DNA of 64,000 nucleotides from Rhodosorus marinus CCMP1338 (Eukaryota > Plantae > Rhodophyta): contig JAMWBK010000004.1 of NCBI GenBank assembly GCA_029953675.1, positions 310,001 through 374,000 of the forward strand. Reading direction: 5' to 3'. The notes beneath the pieces were generated by a model. The model was not told the DNA's origin. It made no database searches and saw nothing but the letters and a program-made list of their open reading frames with translations. A program made the position numbers and the translations under genes. Within the stretch, counting starts at the first letter, position 1, and every line of letters begins with the position of its first letter. Shown piece by piece: positions 51,001 through 64,000 of the stretch.

Positions 51001-54000
51001 TACTATGGCACGACCCTTGTCCCTGACTCAGCAAATGTCCATGTTCTCGCTCTGTGTATGTGCAGACTCTTTCAGCGGTATGAGAAGGACCGCGGAACCT
51101 GCGCCATCGGGATTTCGGATTTGGCCATGGCGGTCCCCATTCATGATGTCACCTTGAAGGGCAGAATATTGCGATGGCTCTGCACACTCTTAGTCGAATG
51201 GAAAGATCTGGAGCTTAAACGGCGTCTGAAGAGCGGTGCAAATGGAAGGTTAGGGGAACATTGACCTTCAAGGCGTGGAACTCCCTGGAACCTTTAAGCT
51301 AACTGTTGGGCACCTGCTCTGTGCTTGGCTTCTGTCTTCCGCGACAAGGAGTCGAGTTCTTTCTACAATGGTCAGAACTTACTTGGAGGCCAGGATCATA
51401 TTTTTCGTATGCTACAACGATAGCTCTCTGCGGACAAATTCGTGTGACCTCGCAAAACATCTCAACGAGTTGTTCGAGGTCTTACAGATTCCTGATGATG
51501 ATTCTTCTGTCAGTGACGGCCTAACTCGGCTTCTAGAAAGATGGTGAGTAATTTTCTAGAGCATCTTTGTACATGCCAAACTCGCCGCAATGACTTTGGG
51601 CAGTTACGGGGGCCTGACTATTCTCCCTTTCCGAACAGTGATCCGAGCGACAACCAGAAGTGGCGGGCTGGCCTTATGGAGACGCTGCGACCGGCTTCCC
51701 TTCCAGCTGTAAGATTGTTCCGCAAGCATTTTCTGCGCCTGTTGCACCCAGCTAACGTTTGGGTCGTTCTGTCGTCCATGCTACTTCGTTTCACCCTCAA
51801 TCTGGACCCGTTTCAGAATGGTACATCTCCATGCCCGCCGTCGATAGTCATGTGTTGGAAGGACATCACTCGTGAACTGAATGAGTTGATGCCTAAGATG
51901 GAACAAAGAGGGAAGGATAAATATGTCGAAATAATTAAATCTGCACAGAAGAAAGGCCCTCAAGAGGACATGGTTTGGAAAGCCGGTCAACGAGCATAGC
52001 CAGCTTTTGGACAGTATTTCTGACCAAAAACAACCGCTTGTGCTGGCTAAACGAGCAGGATGAATTCTGGCTAAACCTTCTGCACGTTGCCTACGCGACC
52101 GCAGCAATTAACGACAGCAGCGCTGAAGGGGATGCGGGGATAAGCAGGCAAGCAGCAACCGAGCTCGTCCAGAGGCAGCTCTTGTTTTGGATCGTGAACT
52201 TTGACGAGGTTACCAAGGTACAGCTTCTCCACTAGTACAACCCTCAAAAGATAGGAGCTATTCCGAGATTTCAGGACCCTGAGTCCTGTTTCACATACTT
52301 CACAGAGCCGCCTGACTCCGCTGCGACAGCTGGCGATACTTGCCATACGGGCTATCAACCCCTCCCTGGCTGAGATCATGTTAACTCAGGTTCGAAGTAT
52401 GATCGAGGAACCTTTCCACAGCGCCGGCTCCGCTGACACGTTCCAGATTCGACGTGGACGTCGCCGCAAAGACAATCTTCGATCGTTTCAGGTAACAGCT
52501 GAAGACAGTATTTCGATCCTAGCCCGTCGCCACTTCTCTTTCGGCACTGACTCAGATCCTGTCGTGATACAGATTGAGTTCATCTATAGAGCAGTCGCCA
52601 GAGTCATTGTGCGGAAGTCTCCCTTGCGGTCCTATGGAAACGTACTCCAGATGATCGTAGCTCACATCGATCGGGGTTACACCGAGATTTTGCGTGGGAA
52701 CGAAGATTACAGCGAAGAGTTGAACGTCAGGAAGCTGTGTGACTATTGCAATCTGATCAGCCAGGTGGGTAGAAACCTGTACGCTTTCCCACCAACCGAA
52801 AGCTCAACTAGATTGGACTTGAAACTTCGAAGCGGACTATTCACACTGTTCGCACAGTGGCTCGGAGCTACAGCGCCCAGAAACACGACGTTAATATCCA
52901 GGCTGATCTATACTGTAAGATATACATTCAGACTCCGAAAACTCACTGTATATATCCTGCTCAGCACGGTCTTGCTACCATTCCAACAACGGATGTAGGC
53001 CCTTCCGGAGGTGGATTTAGAGCGCTCCATGGTCGAAGCTGCTTCAGCAATGCTCATGGGTCCTTCGTTTGAAGCGAACGAATACTTCTCCTTTCAATGG
53101 GCAAAGTAAGCTTGATTGCCTTTCCGGAGGCAGCGTAGTTTAGAACTGATCTCATTCATGGTCTTGCTTTCTCGCCTCGACGTTTGCGAAACAGATACGT
53201 TCTGCTCAACATGTCTCCTGACCTCTTTGAAACTGTTCTGAGTGGAGTCAAGGCGCTATGCAAGTCAGACAAAAAATATCTGGAACCTTTGATTCGTAAG
53301 GCCCTCTGGACAAGGACCGCAGTTGCAGTATACTACGTCCTGGTTAGGTTGCAAATCAGATCTGAAAGCGAATGTGCGCTGTTTTGATTCTCCTACTCCT
53401 AGATCATTGCTACCTGACAAGCTCCGCGGGGACAGTGCGCGGTCAACCGACAGTTGATCGCTCTAAGGCACAAAGAGCGAGTAACTTGTTCTTCGAAGTC
53501 TTGAGTGAGATAATGCGAGATCTGTTTCGCGAAGATTTTGTGAAACTTCACGAATCGGTTATTCCCCAGAAACCTGATGCCAAGCTGCTCACTGTTCTTC
53601 TCTGGATGCTGAGCTATGGCGAGTCCAACCGAACTCATACTCAGCTTCGAGCTCTGGAGGGCCTTGTGGTCCTCGTCAGAATATGGTATCTGTTTGCGCT
53701 GTGACGGGAACATGATGGGCGCCGATAGTTGTTCACTTTGCTCACCCTTGACTCCTTTGTTTCCTGGCGCTCCCCCCTAGGTTCAACAACTTCGCTCACT
53801 TCTCCACAACGAGCAGCGGCAGGCTAATGGAGACGAACGAAAGACTTGACATGACCATCTCGGGATACTTCTGCGAAAGAGTGCCGGAGCTGGCATTCGA
53901 CGTACTTAACGAGATGACCCTCAGGATCAACACATGTGACTTGAGGTAATCCGTCACGAAACTGAAGTTTTTGGTGTGGTGGGACAAGCTCGATTCTTCT

Positions 54001-57000
54001 GCTGACTCCCAGATGGATGGTACAGGCCGAATGACCTCCGAGTAGCTGTTCGGCGCATGGTTCCGTGGGTCAAGGTGTTAAATGGAGAGAATAGTATGGT
54101 GCGTGATTGCTTCGAGCGGATCCTGTCGTTGACGTTCAAGCTCCGTAAGGAGAACTCAAACGTGTTTGAGGACTTGTGGGCCGGCGCCGGCATTGCAAAT
54201 TTGAGAATCGGCATCTCGTTGATTCTTGATGAGACTGCCGTGTTGCTTCAGCGCCCTAAACAGCTGAGGTTTGTCCACCCTTCGTAACTTCTCGATGCTT
54301 ATACCCTGGTTACATCCTGAGAAAACTTAGTGATTGCGGTTGTCTCGAACCGCTGCAGGGGAAACCGCGATGCCGAGGATTCCGAGATGGAGGACACCCT
54401 TGCGACCTTGAAGGCCGTTGCTGTTAGCTTCTCCATCGGCAAACCCAGGGAAACAATCGAAGAACTCACAAAGATGCTGTACTGGGGGTCGCGTACGCAA
54501 GAATCGAAAAGACCGTTCTCGAACTTGCAGCCCGAAAACATTGGTGTGTTGAACAAAAGAAAACAAATCTTGCCGTTCGAGAAATACTAGGCCACTTAAC
54601 CCACAATCCTGATGATCTCGTTTTCTAGGTCCGAGTGAGATAAATCAAAACGCACAATCCGCTTTGGTGCTGCTATCGGAAATCGCGTACGAGATAGATG
54701 AGGAGATACGCTCTAGCATTCCGGTGATTGTGCACGCTGGTAAGAACGCCCGGGCCCTTTTGAACTATGTGCGTCCGTAACATCACTGCTACTAGCCACT
54801 GATTGCTCCTGATCGCTTCGACCGTACTGTAAATATACCCAGCTGTGCTGGGGCTTATGGTGGACAACTCGATTGTGGTGTCCAGTTGCAAGTATTTGCT
54901 GGTAAATGCCGTACATTCGCTCGGCATAAACCACAGCGAGAGGATTCCGAACGAGCTGGTCAAGGTACGATCCCGTTTTTGTCATTGTTGTACGCTTCCC
55001 ATTCGATGGTAAGGCTAATTCTCCAGCTACTTCAGGGCTATCGGCAAACATACTACAACATGCATGAAGTGTTCGGCCTTCGAACGGACCAGATGAAGAA
55101 GAAGAGTGGACCCTCACAAGTGCGGACCGAGATGCGGAAGCCCCCGACACATCTCCAGAATGCTGTGGACTTGGTTGTGCAACAGTTGTCTGTTTTGGAA
55201 CCCAATCTGAAGGAAAGGTAACTACACTGCCCGAGAGGCCGCCGCGCGCTTCGACCATAACCTGAACACCAAGTTCCTGTCCGGTATTTTCTCTTAGGTG
55301 GGGATTTCATGCCCTGGAGATGGCCATGAGGGTGGGAGACTATCGCGTGGCTTCACGATCCCTTGAGATTTTCGGATATCTGGACTTGGGCCTCGACTTG
55401 CAAGCCATGGTGGAGCTCATCTCCGGAATGTACGTGTGCCTTTGTTCAAGCCAGCCCCATAAGAAGTTATTTGGGCGACAGGTATGTCTTCTTAGATAAA
55501 CATGTTCCAGGGAGGGAGCTCCCGTTGCCCCTCTTCGTTCTCAAGTTCGATGTTTGTCACCACCCAGGTGATGACCTTGATTAGTACCGTGATCCGAACA
55601 CTGCCTGCGCAGAATATGCATCAATTTCCGTACGTATACTGGACGTGCGTTGCTATGCTTGGATGCCGTGATCAGTCGATGGAGCGGGATGCATGCAGAA
55701 TCGCCCTTCACTACGCATCGTGTATTTCCGATTCACTAGCAATGGCGACTAACGTCTCCGTTTTGACAGCTTCGATGCCTGAGACGTGGGAACCGTGGGA
55801 AGGCATGACTAATCTCTTGATAAGAACGGGAGTTCTTTATTCGCGGGTGAGACAAGCACACCTCTTGCGATCCTTTCTCTTTTAAAATTGTGGTTGAGCC
55901 CTCACAAACAACTTTGTCGGCGTGCACTGACCTACAGGTGAGTTCTAACGATGCAACGACCCTCGCGGTTGCCGTTATTCTCTTGCGTCAATATTCGAAC
56001 GTCCCAGAGGAGTTATTGGAATACCTGGACCAAGACAGCCTGCTTAGGATAGTCGCGTCACTGATCCCTTGGATGTGTGCTCAACTACGAAACAACTCGT
56101 CTTCAAGTGGGCAAAACTGTCCTGAGGATACAACATATAGAGGACCATGGAAAATCCTCTATGACATCCGGAAGCACTTGCAGACGACGCTATCCGCCAA
56201 CGCAGAGAGCACCAGGTACACTCAAATTGTCACCACACCGGACTGCCTTTTGACGCTTTAAGGTTCGTGACTCACGTGCCGGCTCCGACCCCCCGCGGTT
56301 CGTTCAGGTTCAAGGACCTGGACCAGCTTTCTCCTCAGGCCATGGTCGCAGGAATCTTAGCGGAGGCTTGTGAAGGGTTGAACGAGGAGAAGTATGCGGG
56401 ATTGACAAATACGCTGGATTTGTACGTCCAAACTTGTCAGAAGATGACGGAGGAACATTTTTTGCGGAGAATTCGAAATGTAAACGGTCACCTGGGTTCA
56501 CCCCGTCTGGACAAGTGGTTGCGTTTGCTCACGGCCCTTTCGGATGTTGCCTCATTCACTAGGTTCTCGCGGAGGCGTTCTTTCCTAAGCTTACGTTCGA
56601 ATTCTTCCTGCAGCTGATCAAGATCGTGAAGAACGGAGCTCCTGAATTCCAGTCGGTGGCTTTGAAACTTCTTGAAATCACGATTCCGCTTCTGGACACG
56701 GGGACCATCTTAAGGTTGAGTATGGAGGAGGATGATACCCTCCTGAAACCGGTAGTAAACGCCGTCAACAGTTCTGACTCTGGTCGTGCTGTCAACGTAC
56801 GTTTTTTCGTCACATAAGGATGTGCTCGAAGCAGAGCATAAACCTTCATTCTGCTCATTGGTTCCCACCGTTTCTGTGGTTTTACTTTCGCGCCAGGTGC
56901 TGGATAATCTCACGAGGAAGTGCAGAGTCGATGGAGACGGGGGCATACAGATCACCGATGTCTTGAAGAGAGATGATGAACATAAGGACGATGGAACTGC

Positions 57001-57397
57001 TGAAATGGCACAGGCTGTGAAGCGCCTAGGCGATGTCGTTCGGTGCTTGGAGGAATTGCTTCATTTGGACAATTCCACAGTTGAGGACCGGGCGAGAAGA
57101 ATGGTTCGCAGTCTTCCGCCGGACAGTCAGCCTTATTCAAGTCATTCGCAATCGTCGGGAGCTCCTGGGCTCATTCGTGGACGATCAGTAGCGTCGTCTA
57201 TGTTCGGCGGAAGGAGGAGAGCTACTCTTGCTTCCCCGGATACCGCAGGTTCCTGGTTTGAAAGCGACTCCTATGCAAAGTGGCCCGCAGTTGACCTAGA
57301 GGATGACGAGTTCTCTGGTATGAGATCACAGTCATCCTCCGTAAGGGCCTCATACAACCCTCAAGAAAACCTGCACGAAAACCAATTCTGTCCATAG
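48027..57397 (+). CDS. FRY: Very large multi-exon HEAT/ARM protein of the Furry/TAO3/PAG1/MOR2 family
   Basis: About 9.4 kb of same-strand helical exons. Diagnostic-looking C-terminal motifs are WGFHALEMAMRVGDYRVASRSLEIFGYL (cf. W..AL.WA..C..RH.A.RS.QIFR.L) and FPYVYWTCVAML...MPETWEPWEGMTNLL (cf. FPQLFW..VA.L...P..W..F.GLQ.L). Exon boundaries were not all resolved. Confidence 0.68.
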
Positions 57398-57835
57398 ATC
57401 TTCGTTTATGATCCATTGGTCGTACGAATAATTGTAAAAACCAAAACCAAAACGCGATGGGATGAGAGGAAATCTTCGACAACAATGCCACACCAGGCGA
57501 TAAGGCAGACCAGGTCGGATCTTCTAAGGAATGGCAACAGCGGGTAAAGGCGAACAAGATGCATGGGAACTTCGATTGGAACAGTGTCAATATCCAATAA
57601 GTGCCAACCACATGCATCTGCAAGAGGGAATGTTAAAAAACGAGCTAACACCAACGGCCGGAGCCGAACTGCCGTTTTTGAGATTGTCGACTCGAGGTTG
57701 CGTTCAAGCTTGCTCTCAGTTCGCGTTATTTACATACTTCACAAAATCGCCGTTAGAGCATTGCGAGATGGTGCCCATGGCGTTGGCTTCCTTGCAGATC
57801 AACAAATAAACGCTATCCGTTGCCTGCAAGCCTCA

Positions 57836-58488
57836 TCACATCGTCTCTGGCTTTTCCTAAGCAGAAGGTGGAATGGCTTAGCTAAGGATATGCGCTAAAG
57901 CACATTTCCATGACTTGATGGGAGTGTCTATTTGAGAAGATACGTGCATACCTTCCCCAGATGACCAGATCTCATCATTTCCTCTGGAGGAGCGGGGGGT
58001 AGGCGGTTTCCCAATGGCTCGGTCGGAGTCCAGTGGGGCGGCGCGGCGTATGACGAGCCGATTTTTGCGGCCAGTTCAACGATGTCCTTAACGTTCACTT
58101 TTTTCGCACCTTCCAGGGCAGCGATTCTTGCCTCATGGTCAATATCTGGTCCCTGGAGGCACAGCTCAGCTTCTCGGAGGGTTCCTCCGAGTTGAACGAG
58201 CTTTTGCTCTTCGCGTTGTAAGCTCGCATGTACTTTTTCGATAAGTTTGTTCATGTTCTGGTGCTGAACCACTGCAACAGCGTCATACACAAAACGATGG
58301 GTCAGCAGTCGCCGGGCCGTCCCGATGTTGGATTAGGTCACAATCTTAGAATAGGTAATACTCATGAACTTACGCTCATCGACAATGCTCCTAAGCACTT
58401 TCTGCCGTTCGATCAGCTCCTGAGCTATCCTATCCGGCTGAAGGACATCCTCACTGGGCATCCTGAAAAGAGTGGGCACAAGGGCCAT
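57836..58488 (-). CDS. MED4: Mediator subunit 4, 3 exons
   Basis: Coiled-coil region followed by VNVKDIVELAAKIGSSYAAPPHWTPTEPLGNRLPPAPPEEMMRSGHL, the Med4 signature. Confidence 0.85.
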
Positions 58489-58625
58489 GTCACTCCATTG
58501 CTTCCCGCTCCTACCAACCATTTGTCAATCCCAAGTTCAAGCATGAGTAGCTACTTACCGTCCAGATGCCGATAGATCAAAGTACTGAATTAACAACCTA
58601 ACGAGGGACTCAAACTCCCTCAGCT

Positions 58626-59489
58626 CTACTCGAGCTCGGTCCCTTGCTGGGATCGCCGAACTATCATCCATCCCAACAAGTTTTCAAACAGAAGCCCAAG
58701 ACCTTTTCGGAACTGGCGGACAACTATATACCGATTCGATCTATTAAAAAGCCCTTCACCGCACGGACTCGAGCTCGAAATGACTAAACCCCTCCCATGG
58801 ATAACCAGTCCCTTCCCATTCACAACTCCCCCATCGTTGGACAGAGACTGCGAGGACGGAAGGCCCAAGATCGGCTTCGGAACCAATTCAGTTGCTCGAG
58901 GAGTGCTCAGTAGCTGCTGGGATAGAGAGGCTGAAAAGAGATCACACAATGGGCCTCCTGTGTGAGCTAATGCTTATGTCTGTTTTGCTCATAGTACAAC
59001 CAGAATAGACCCAGTGAGAAGTCGCATCCTGCGGTTAAAAGCCTTGAGAAGGAAGGCTGGTCCTTTACGGTCATCCCAATCCGTGGTAACTTCTTTGTTA
59101 AGCAGTGTGTGTGTGGGGTCGGCTGGGATCGAGATCGAGTGGAGCAAGGAAGTATTCTGCTTGGAGAGCGCAGAGAGTGGAAAGGTGATCGTCACGGTGT
59201 TTTTATCTTGGAAGTTCTGCAGAGGGGACGCGGTGGCTCGGGTGGTAATGTCCTTGACTGACATGTTATCATATGTTGTGATTTCACCGTGCTTGGATTT
59301 AACTCGTCCGAGCAAACCAGAGTTGCAATGTTTTCTCCTCGCATGCCAGCTTTTGTTGGTCCATTGGGGAAGCTGGACTCCCGACGCGGTATTGGACGAC
59401 TACCCTCTGGCAATGGGAAGAACTAGACGTTCATGGGAGCATGCCCGAGGCATGCCAAGTCCATGGATCAAGCCCATGAGAGTGAGCAT
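58626..59489 (-). CDS. Hypothetical multi-exon protein, possibly organelle-targeted
   Basis: ATG at 59489 (MLTLMGLIHG...). A 54-nt GT-AG intron removes an in-frame TAG and the frame continues to ...KEVTTDWDDRKGPAFLLKAFNRRMRLLTGSIL|GGPLCDLF. No family recognised. Confidence 0.4.
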
Positions 59490-59631
59490 ATTGAGACCGG
59501 GCATTTGCTCTCGTAATTCGTATCTTTATGATTTAAAAATGCTAGCCGACTATCAAAAAAGCGTGTGCGACGAACCGATCCTGTATGGTCTCTTCATTTC
59601 TATTAATCCAATCTCTTGCGTGCCAGTCTTA

Positions 59632-59988
59632 TTACTTTTCACCATTCTCATCATCTTTCTCGCTCTTCACGGTGTCCCTGTATCTCTGCAGGTACGTCTT
59701 TAGGGGTTCCACATAGTTCTCAAACCCGAGCGTATTCATTGCCCACAAAAGGTCGTCCCCATTGATTGTCTTCCTCTTCTCACGCTGGCACTTGTCACTG
59801 GCTTCGGATGTGATAAAAGAGACAAACTCTGAAACACATTCCTGAACAGTTTCCTTCCCGTCCTTTGCTATCTTGGCGTTTTGGGGCAGCGCGTGCTTCA
59901 TAATCCTCGCGATGTTCGCAATGGGCAGGAATCGATCCTGCTCCCTGGAATCCTCACCTCCCCCACTTCCTCCTTCATCAGCGCTCAT
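59632..59988 (-). CDS. NF-YB: Nuclear factor Y subunit B (HAP3/CBF-A histone fold)
   Basis: [80 protein letters not shown]. Confidence 0.99.
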   Translation of the reverse strand: MSADEGGSGGGEDSREQDRFLPIANIARIMKHALPQNAKIAKDGKETVQECVSEFVSFITSEASDKCQREKRKTINGDDLLWAMNTLGFENYVEPLKTYLQRYRDTVKSEKDDENGEK

Positions 59989-61600
59989 ATTTTACAATGC
60001 CTCCCAGCGCCAAAACGAAAGCAACAGTTCTCACAGAATCGACAAATCCAAACTCTTACACCCAACTCCTGGGCGCACTCAACGTCATCAACCGCACTAG
60101 TACACTACTCCAGGTACGACACTCAAGACAGGACGATGACAGCAGCGCCTCTTTCCGCGCCACCAACCAACCAACCCACCCTTACACCACTCCACACACA
60201 CTCCTCCCCCGCCAACTTTTTGAAACGAAACTAAAAAAGAAAAAAAGAAAAAAAAACCTCCGCAATCAGCAATCCTCAATAACAACAACCGGAAGAGGAA
60301 GAAGAAGAAGCAGAAAAAATAACAAACGAGAACAAAACAAAAACACACACATACCAACCTAAAAAAAAAAAAAAAACCACAACCAAATGTCCCTATCGAT
60401 CGATATATATTCAGCAACACTATAATTTGAAAACAAAAAAGGTTTCCCCCCTTACCTCTACCCTCTCGAATAATGTTCCCCTACCCCCCAAAACCCCCCC
60501 CCCCCCCCCTTCTCCTCCCGCCAGCTTCCCCCTTCTCCCCACCTTCCTTACCTGAAAATTCTCATTCTTATATGTTCCTCCAGAGAGCGTCACTTGTCAC
60601 TCAGAGCGACGTTAACAGCTTCCCTACCATTTTCAAATTAAAGTCTAAGGGGGTAAATCATACACCTTAATCTTTTCAGATATGAACTTTTACCCCCTAA
60701 AACAATCTGAATAAAAAAGTAACTACACATATTAAATAAATATTTTGAAGCTTTCAATTATTATTAAGGGGTGAATAAAAAAGTAAGAGATTTATGAGAT
60801 AGATTAAATCTAGGGGGTTGCTACATATGAAGTTGTACTTTTGTTATTTTCAAAAATTTTTATGGCGCGAATTATCTGTTTTGGTTGATTTTAAATCAGA
60901 ATCTCAGATTGCTTTAGAAATCTAATAAAGAAAAGTAAAAACGGGGTGTCAGAGAGAGAGAGAGAGGGAGAGAGAGAAAGAGGAAGGAGAGGAGAGGGGG
61001 GGGGAACAAACTCGTCATATTGTCCTGAATGTCTCTGACCTACACAACCCCAGGGGAGAAAGATGACAATAACTTTGCCCTTCCAGGAATCGTACAAAGT
61101 ACTTCAGACAATATGAAAACGAACTAGTTCAGTGCCCCTGGATCAATCTGACTGATTACTTTGCCGAATGTCTTCTTGTTCAAGAACTAGTGGAAATATG
61201 AAAACGTAAAATAAACAAGGGGTAGGGTGGAGGGGGCGAGGATTACTTGCTGAAATAATAATAATAATAAATACACAAATGATTTAGTTTTTAGAAACAA
61301 ATTTCTGGTAATGTATTAAACCGCGAGCGGTTTTATCCTATTCCAGTTTTGGCGCGAAAATTAATATAGAATTATAGTATACTTTTCCGCAGTAGAAACA
61401 TTCAAAAAAGCAGCTGTGAGAAGCTACGTACCAAAAAAAAGGAGAAAAACTTATTCATAAAGTAGGAACAAATCCGCGAAGTACTGTCCCAATATTTCGT
61501 TGGACATTTTTGACTGAATCAATCGTTATGGTGTTGATTTTTGGTACTACGAGGAACGTCACGGGTTGGTGTGGGTTAGGTCTCTCACTCGGCTTTGTGC

Positions 61601-62759
61601 TTAGAACGAGAGTTTTATGCCCATGGAGAGGCCTTTATCTCTGGACATGAACGCTACCGGCTTTTGCATGGACGATGAGAAGTACCCAATCGCCATGCTA
61701 TTGCTCGTGTGCGCCCATAGCACCTGTTGGCGGCGGAGAGGAAAGGGATATCTGTGAGCCGTTACGTCCTCAGGTTGGTGAATTTTGGGGCAGAGTATGA
61801 TACCTGAGCTTCTCGAGGCCCAGAACTAGCATCAACAGAAACAACACCGGCGTCTCGGCCTGCGAGCAGCCCTGTTTGTGATTCCATTTCATCGCGAGCC
61901 AAACTCCGGACGATTTCATATGCAGCCAAACCAGATATCAATGCCTCCCCTTGACCGGAAACCGACGCTCCCCTTCTCCCACTAGCATAACAAGCTGCGC
62001 CAAATGTTCCAGCCGCACCAATACGACCTGGGTGTTTCATCCAGGAACCACCACTCGAGGCTGCGGCGATGGCAGCTTGGCCTCGATCTCCAACGATGCA
62101 AACGGCACCCACGGTTTCCATCGATTGAGGCGCAGCGAGTCGCTCTCGATACTTTAGCCACTGACTTTTTGTGTCCGTAGTTGAGAGCTCGGCTTCTGCG
62201 AGTCCTTGTTTGACGCAAAAGGAGGTTGCTCCAGTAGAACACAAGAGCCCGGGCGGAACCTAGTAGTTGACGAGAGATGGTAAAAGAGATTAGACCCAAA
62301 GGGAACCATTCATGTTATCCGGAAGAAAATACTGATTCGTAGGAGCGAGTGGTTCAATGTGGAACTCACCAGTCCACAAGGGAGGTCCGATTTTACTTTG
62401 AACTCTAGAACTTTTACGGCAGCCTTGGTCGGGTTTTTGATCTTCTTGAGAGCAGAAACGGAGGCAAAGGCATTGGAGTCGGATCCGTCTACAATGGACG
62501 CATCGCACTCGACCTCTCCGTCAAGGTTCAAGGACGATCCAATCCCAGCATTGGTCAAGGGGCTGTCTTCCAGGACTGACATTGCGTTCGTTATTACCGT
62601 CTGACCGTTGTTTCCATTAGAAACGGCCGAGTGTGCTGCACGCAGAGCTCGTTTAATGGTTCTCAACAACCTGACCTCAGCCTTCTTCGGGTGATCTCCA
62701 GCTCCCGCGTGGACCACGATGACAAACGCGCTTGAATTCTCCTCCGCTTCTTCGGCCAT
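61601..62759 (-). CDS. TASP1: Taspase-1-like threonine aspartase (Ntn-hydrolase, asparaginase-2 family), 3 exons
   Basis: VHAGAG, LEDSPLTNAGIGSSLN.DGEVECDASI, TVGAV, ASSGG..KHPGRIG.A, SGQGE. After intron 61803-61724 the last exon reads VLWAHTSNSMAIGY...* at 61601. Confidence 0.9.
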
Positions 62760-64000
62760 TCCGCTTTAAGTCATTCGTACTGTGCTCATTTGCAAAACAT
62801 CTTCATGCCTCGTTTTCTCTGCGCTTCAATAAGAGTCGACTGCTCCTCAAGGCGTGAGCAAGCTGTAGCATTCATTTTCATGAGGCTTGAACCGGAATGA
62901 CTCAAAAAATCCTTCCGAACGCACCCCAAGGGTTGCGACCAGGCTTATCCCGACTTGCAGGGGAAAAGTGAAGGTGTTTGGCTCTTTCGGCGGGGACGGA
63001 GATGTGCAGCCTCAGTTGTTCTTGCACGGCCTCAGACTTCCCGTATCGCTTGGGCGCCAGCTTTTCTGCTGGTTACCCACGCTCCAAAAGCACCCTGTCC
63101 CTCAATGCAGCCAAAAAAACAACATATGCCCGTTTTCATTTGATCAGCGGTCAGGCAAAGGTTAAAACGTCAGGGCTCGAACACTCCTCACCCACCTGGA
63201 GGCCATGCGAGGGCGACTGTAGGAAGACAAGGTGGAAAATCGGGACATCTACAAAAAGAGCGTATCCTGTGGTGGTTTCATTTCTTAGCTTCTCCAACCA
63301 AGAGCGACAACATCACGACCCAAGACGGGTTATCAGTATCAGCATCCCGAACAGAATTTTTTGATAGGGGAAGATCAATCAACACCGTGGGCTCGGGACA
63401 AGGAAATATTTCGGAAAAAAATTCTTAATCAATATAGCAGTCAATATATGGATAAAGATATACTCAGTCATTTATTAGCCAATCTAAATCGCGAGAGATT
63501 GTAGCCCTCATAATTTCTTTACTAATATTATAAACAGGATTTGTAAGCATCCTGACATCTTTGGCCGTTGGAGCTAAAGTTTTTTACGACAATGATTAGT
63601 ATTTACTCTCTATTGAAAATACTAGAAAAATTCTTTGATTCAACTCTATCGCACTACAGGAATGTAAATATATAAAAAGACGATAAGCGGCGTATCCAAA
63701 ATAACGTTAAAAACATACGGGCGGAAACTTTGAAATATTGACGATTACTATTTAATACACTTTTGGCATATTAGTGATGGAGTCGAGCGATTTTGGGACT
63801 GGTGTTGAATAGTTCGGAGGGTATCTTAGCGAGTCGGGAGGAGTCACCAAGATCAAGGACGAGGCACAGAGACAGGTTTTTTTCTCCTTCTGATAGATGA
63901 ATGGGTCTTCTCATCACTGTTGAACGGGTTTTGATTTGACTGATGCTTTGTAGGGGAACATAAACAAGAAGTTTTTGAGGTGTAGGACAGAAGATGAAGG

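Noticed and set aside
59014-59703. 229-aa plus-strand ORF
   Set aside because: It is an antisense shadow of the minus-strand genes, with no motifs.
59881-60670. Lys/Phe/Pro-rich ORFs upstream of NF-YB
   Set aside because: They are translations of low-complexity 5' leader and intron sequence.
57836-62759. Functional cluster of transcription genes (MED4, NF-YB, taspase-1)
   Set aside because: Three related housekeeping genes within 5 kb is compatible with chance in a gene-dense genome, and there is no synteny evidence available.

Overview
Eukaryotic nuclear DNA from a compact genome with short GT-AG introns (about 55-150 nt). Several genes start with Phe-containing, transit-peptide-like leaders (MIGF, MGFGF, MVAF, MTGLGF), which suggests a red alga; that assignment is inference only. 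Well-supported genes are PRP8 (no intein), ATP synthase OSCP, a PES/ELT hydrolase-acyltransferase, an SRPK kinase, 3-dehydroquinate synthase II, a nucleotide-sugar transporter, a RING-H2 E3 ligase, carbamate kinase, a divergent AAG/MPG-fold glycosylase-like protein with a C-terminal HTH, a protein O-mannosyltransferase lacking MIR domains, a PNPOx-like FMN protein, a GT61-like protein, a DoxX/TMEM35-like protein, a single-domain APS reductase, a long Furry/TAO3-like gene, MED4, NF-YB and taspase-1. Transposon debris comprises a copia-like gag relic (46-850) and a nested block at 18.5-24.1 kb. That block holds a MITE-like element with mirrored GTCCGAT arrays, a decayed chromovirus (Ty3/gypsy) pol, and a 3' LTR region made of two inverted ~260-bp arms around a CRE-like non-LTR RT fragment. 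All exon boundaries and family assignments were made by eye, with no database search.
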